This document shows, piece by piece, positions 36,393 through 37,077 of a stretch of DNA of 37,077 nucleotides. The notes below the pieces were generated by a model, which worked only from the letters and a program-made list of their open reading frames with translations, made no database searches and was not told where the DNA came from. Numbering within the stretch: the stretch's first letter is position 1; each line of letters starts with the position of its first letter. The DNA is from an uncultured virus (IMG/VR IMGVR_UViG_3300025759_000001) (lineage: Duplodnaviria; Heunggongvirae; Uroviricota; Caudoviricetes; Crassvirales), in the IMG/VR virus record IMGVR_UViG_3300025759_000001, one strand, 5' to 3'. Made by a program: the position numbers and the translations under genes.

Positions 36393-37076
36393 TTATGCTA
36401 ATCTATATTCATCATCAGATTGACCACCTGTTGAAGCTATTGTGTTTAATGCTTTAGTTATATTTTTATCATTGAATACCTTGTAAAAGTTCTCATCATC
36501 AAGACCTTTTGCTTTTACTCTTTTCTTTAATTCTTTTTCAGTGATTTGTTCACCTGGCTTAAGACCAATCTTTTCTCTGAATTCTGAGAAGTTACCGTAA
36601 GCTTCGTGTGGAAGCTTCATATAACTCTTAAATTTATTAAATGTATTTTTACCTTCTTGTTGAAAAGGGCTTCCTAATACATCAAGCAAGTTTTCACCTT
36701 GCGCGGCGTCAAACATAGAAGAGTGAACTCTTTCGTGTGTTTCAACACCAGGAGCATTGTTATACTTCTCAGCAACATTGATGATGTTACCCTCTCTGTT
36801 GACAGAAGCTTTAGAGTCTGGTTCATTACCACCTATTACTTTTTCAGGAGATAAACCACGTAGTATCATGTTATCTATATCATTACTACTAAGACCAGTT
36901 TGCTCCATCATAAGCTTTCTAGTCTTAGGATCATTGTATCTATTTAAGAACTCCATACCTCCTTCATCTTGCACTGCGCTCTGGAAGTTTACAGTATCTT
37001 GAGGTCCTGTTGATACATAATTCTTATCCATGAAATCTTCTCTCACATCCGGTACAGTGAATTCTTCTGATACTTT
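36393..37076 (-). CDS. Zincin-like (HExxH) domain protein, C-terminal part; gene begins beyond the window
   Basis: Frame stays open to the window edge (KVSEEFTVPDVREDF...). ETHERVHS (36723-36737) followed by LPHEAY as a candidate third metal ligand. Confidence 0.72.
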   Translation of the reverse strand, partial: KVSEEFTVPDVREDFMDKNYVSTGPQDTVNFQSAVQDEGGMEFLNRYNDPKTRKLMMEQTGLSSNDIDNMILRGLSPEKVIGGNEPDSKASVNREGNIINVAEKYNNAPGVETHERVHSSMFDAAQGENLLDVLGSPFQQEGKNTFNKFKSYMKLPHEAYGNFSEFREKIGLKPGEQITEKELKKRVKAKGLDDENFYKVFNDKNITKALNTIASTGGQSDDEYRLA

Positions 37077-37077
37077 C

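Noticed and set aside
1..37077. Stop-codon reassignment (TAG or TGA), known in some crAss-like phages
   Set aside because: Genes up to 10.5 kb are intact under the standard code, and both TAG (e.g. 5918, 8109) and TGA (756) end genes at sensible positions.
1..37077. tRNA genes
   Set aside because: Intergenic gaps are short, and none showed a cloverleaf or T-loop consensus by eye; tRNAscan would be the definitive test.

Overview
AT-rich fragment of a crAss-like (Crassvirales) phage genome, most likely infecting a Bacteroidota host, in the standard genetic code. It has two convergent blocks. The plus strand (1-16576) is a replication/recombination/nucleotide-metabolism module: DnaB helicase (5'-truncated), ATP-dependent ligase, XRE HTH, DUF5664 dNTP diphosphohydrolase, Sak4-like ATPase, SSB, primase, a RavA/MoxR AAA+ and vWA pair, RusA-like resolvase, PD-(D/E)XK exonuclease, class II RNR, small unknown ORFs and a free-standing HNH endonuclease. 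The minus strand (16619-37077) is a virion cargo/ejection module ending in a 3525-aa virion RNA polymerase (DFDID) fused to a zincin-like domain. Three observations stand out. (1) The ~6,800 residues of cargo proteins contain only two cysteines by manual scan, one 3 residues from the C-terminus of the 1710-aa protein and one at residue 7 of the RNAP encoded next, suggesting a head-to-tail disulfide tether. (2) A host-type FtsK gamma DNA-recognition domain with an altered recognition helix is embedded in the 1710-aa cargo protein. (3) Two zincin motifs plus recurring GG motifs hint at proteolytic processing of the cargo. All family calls come from motif recognition by eye; no database search was run.
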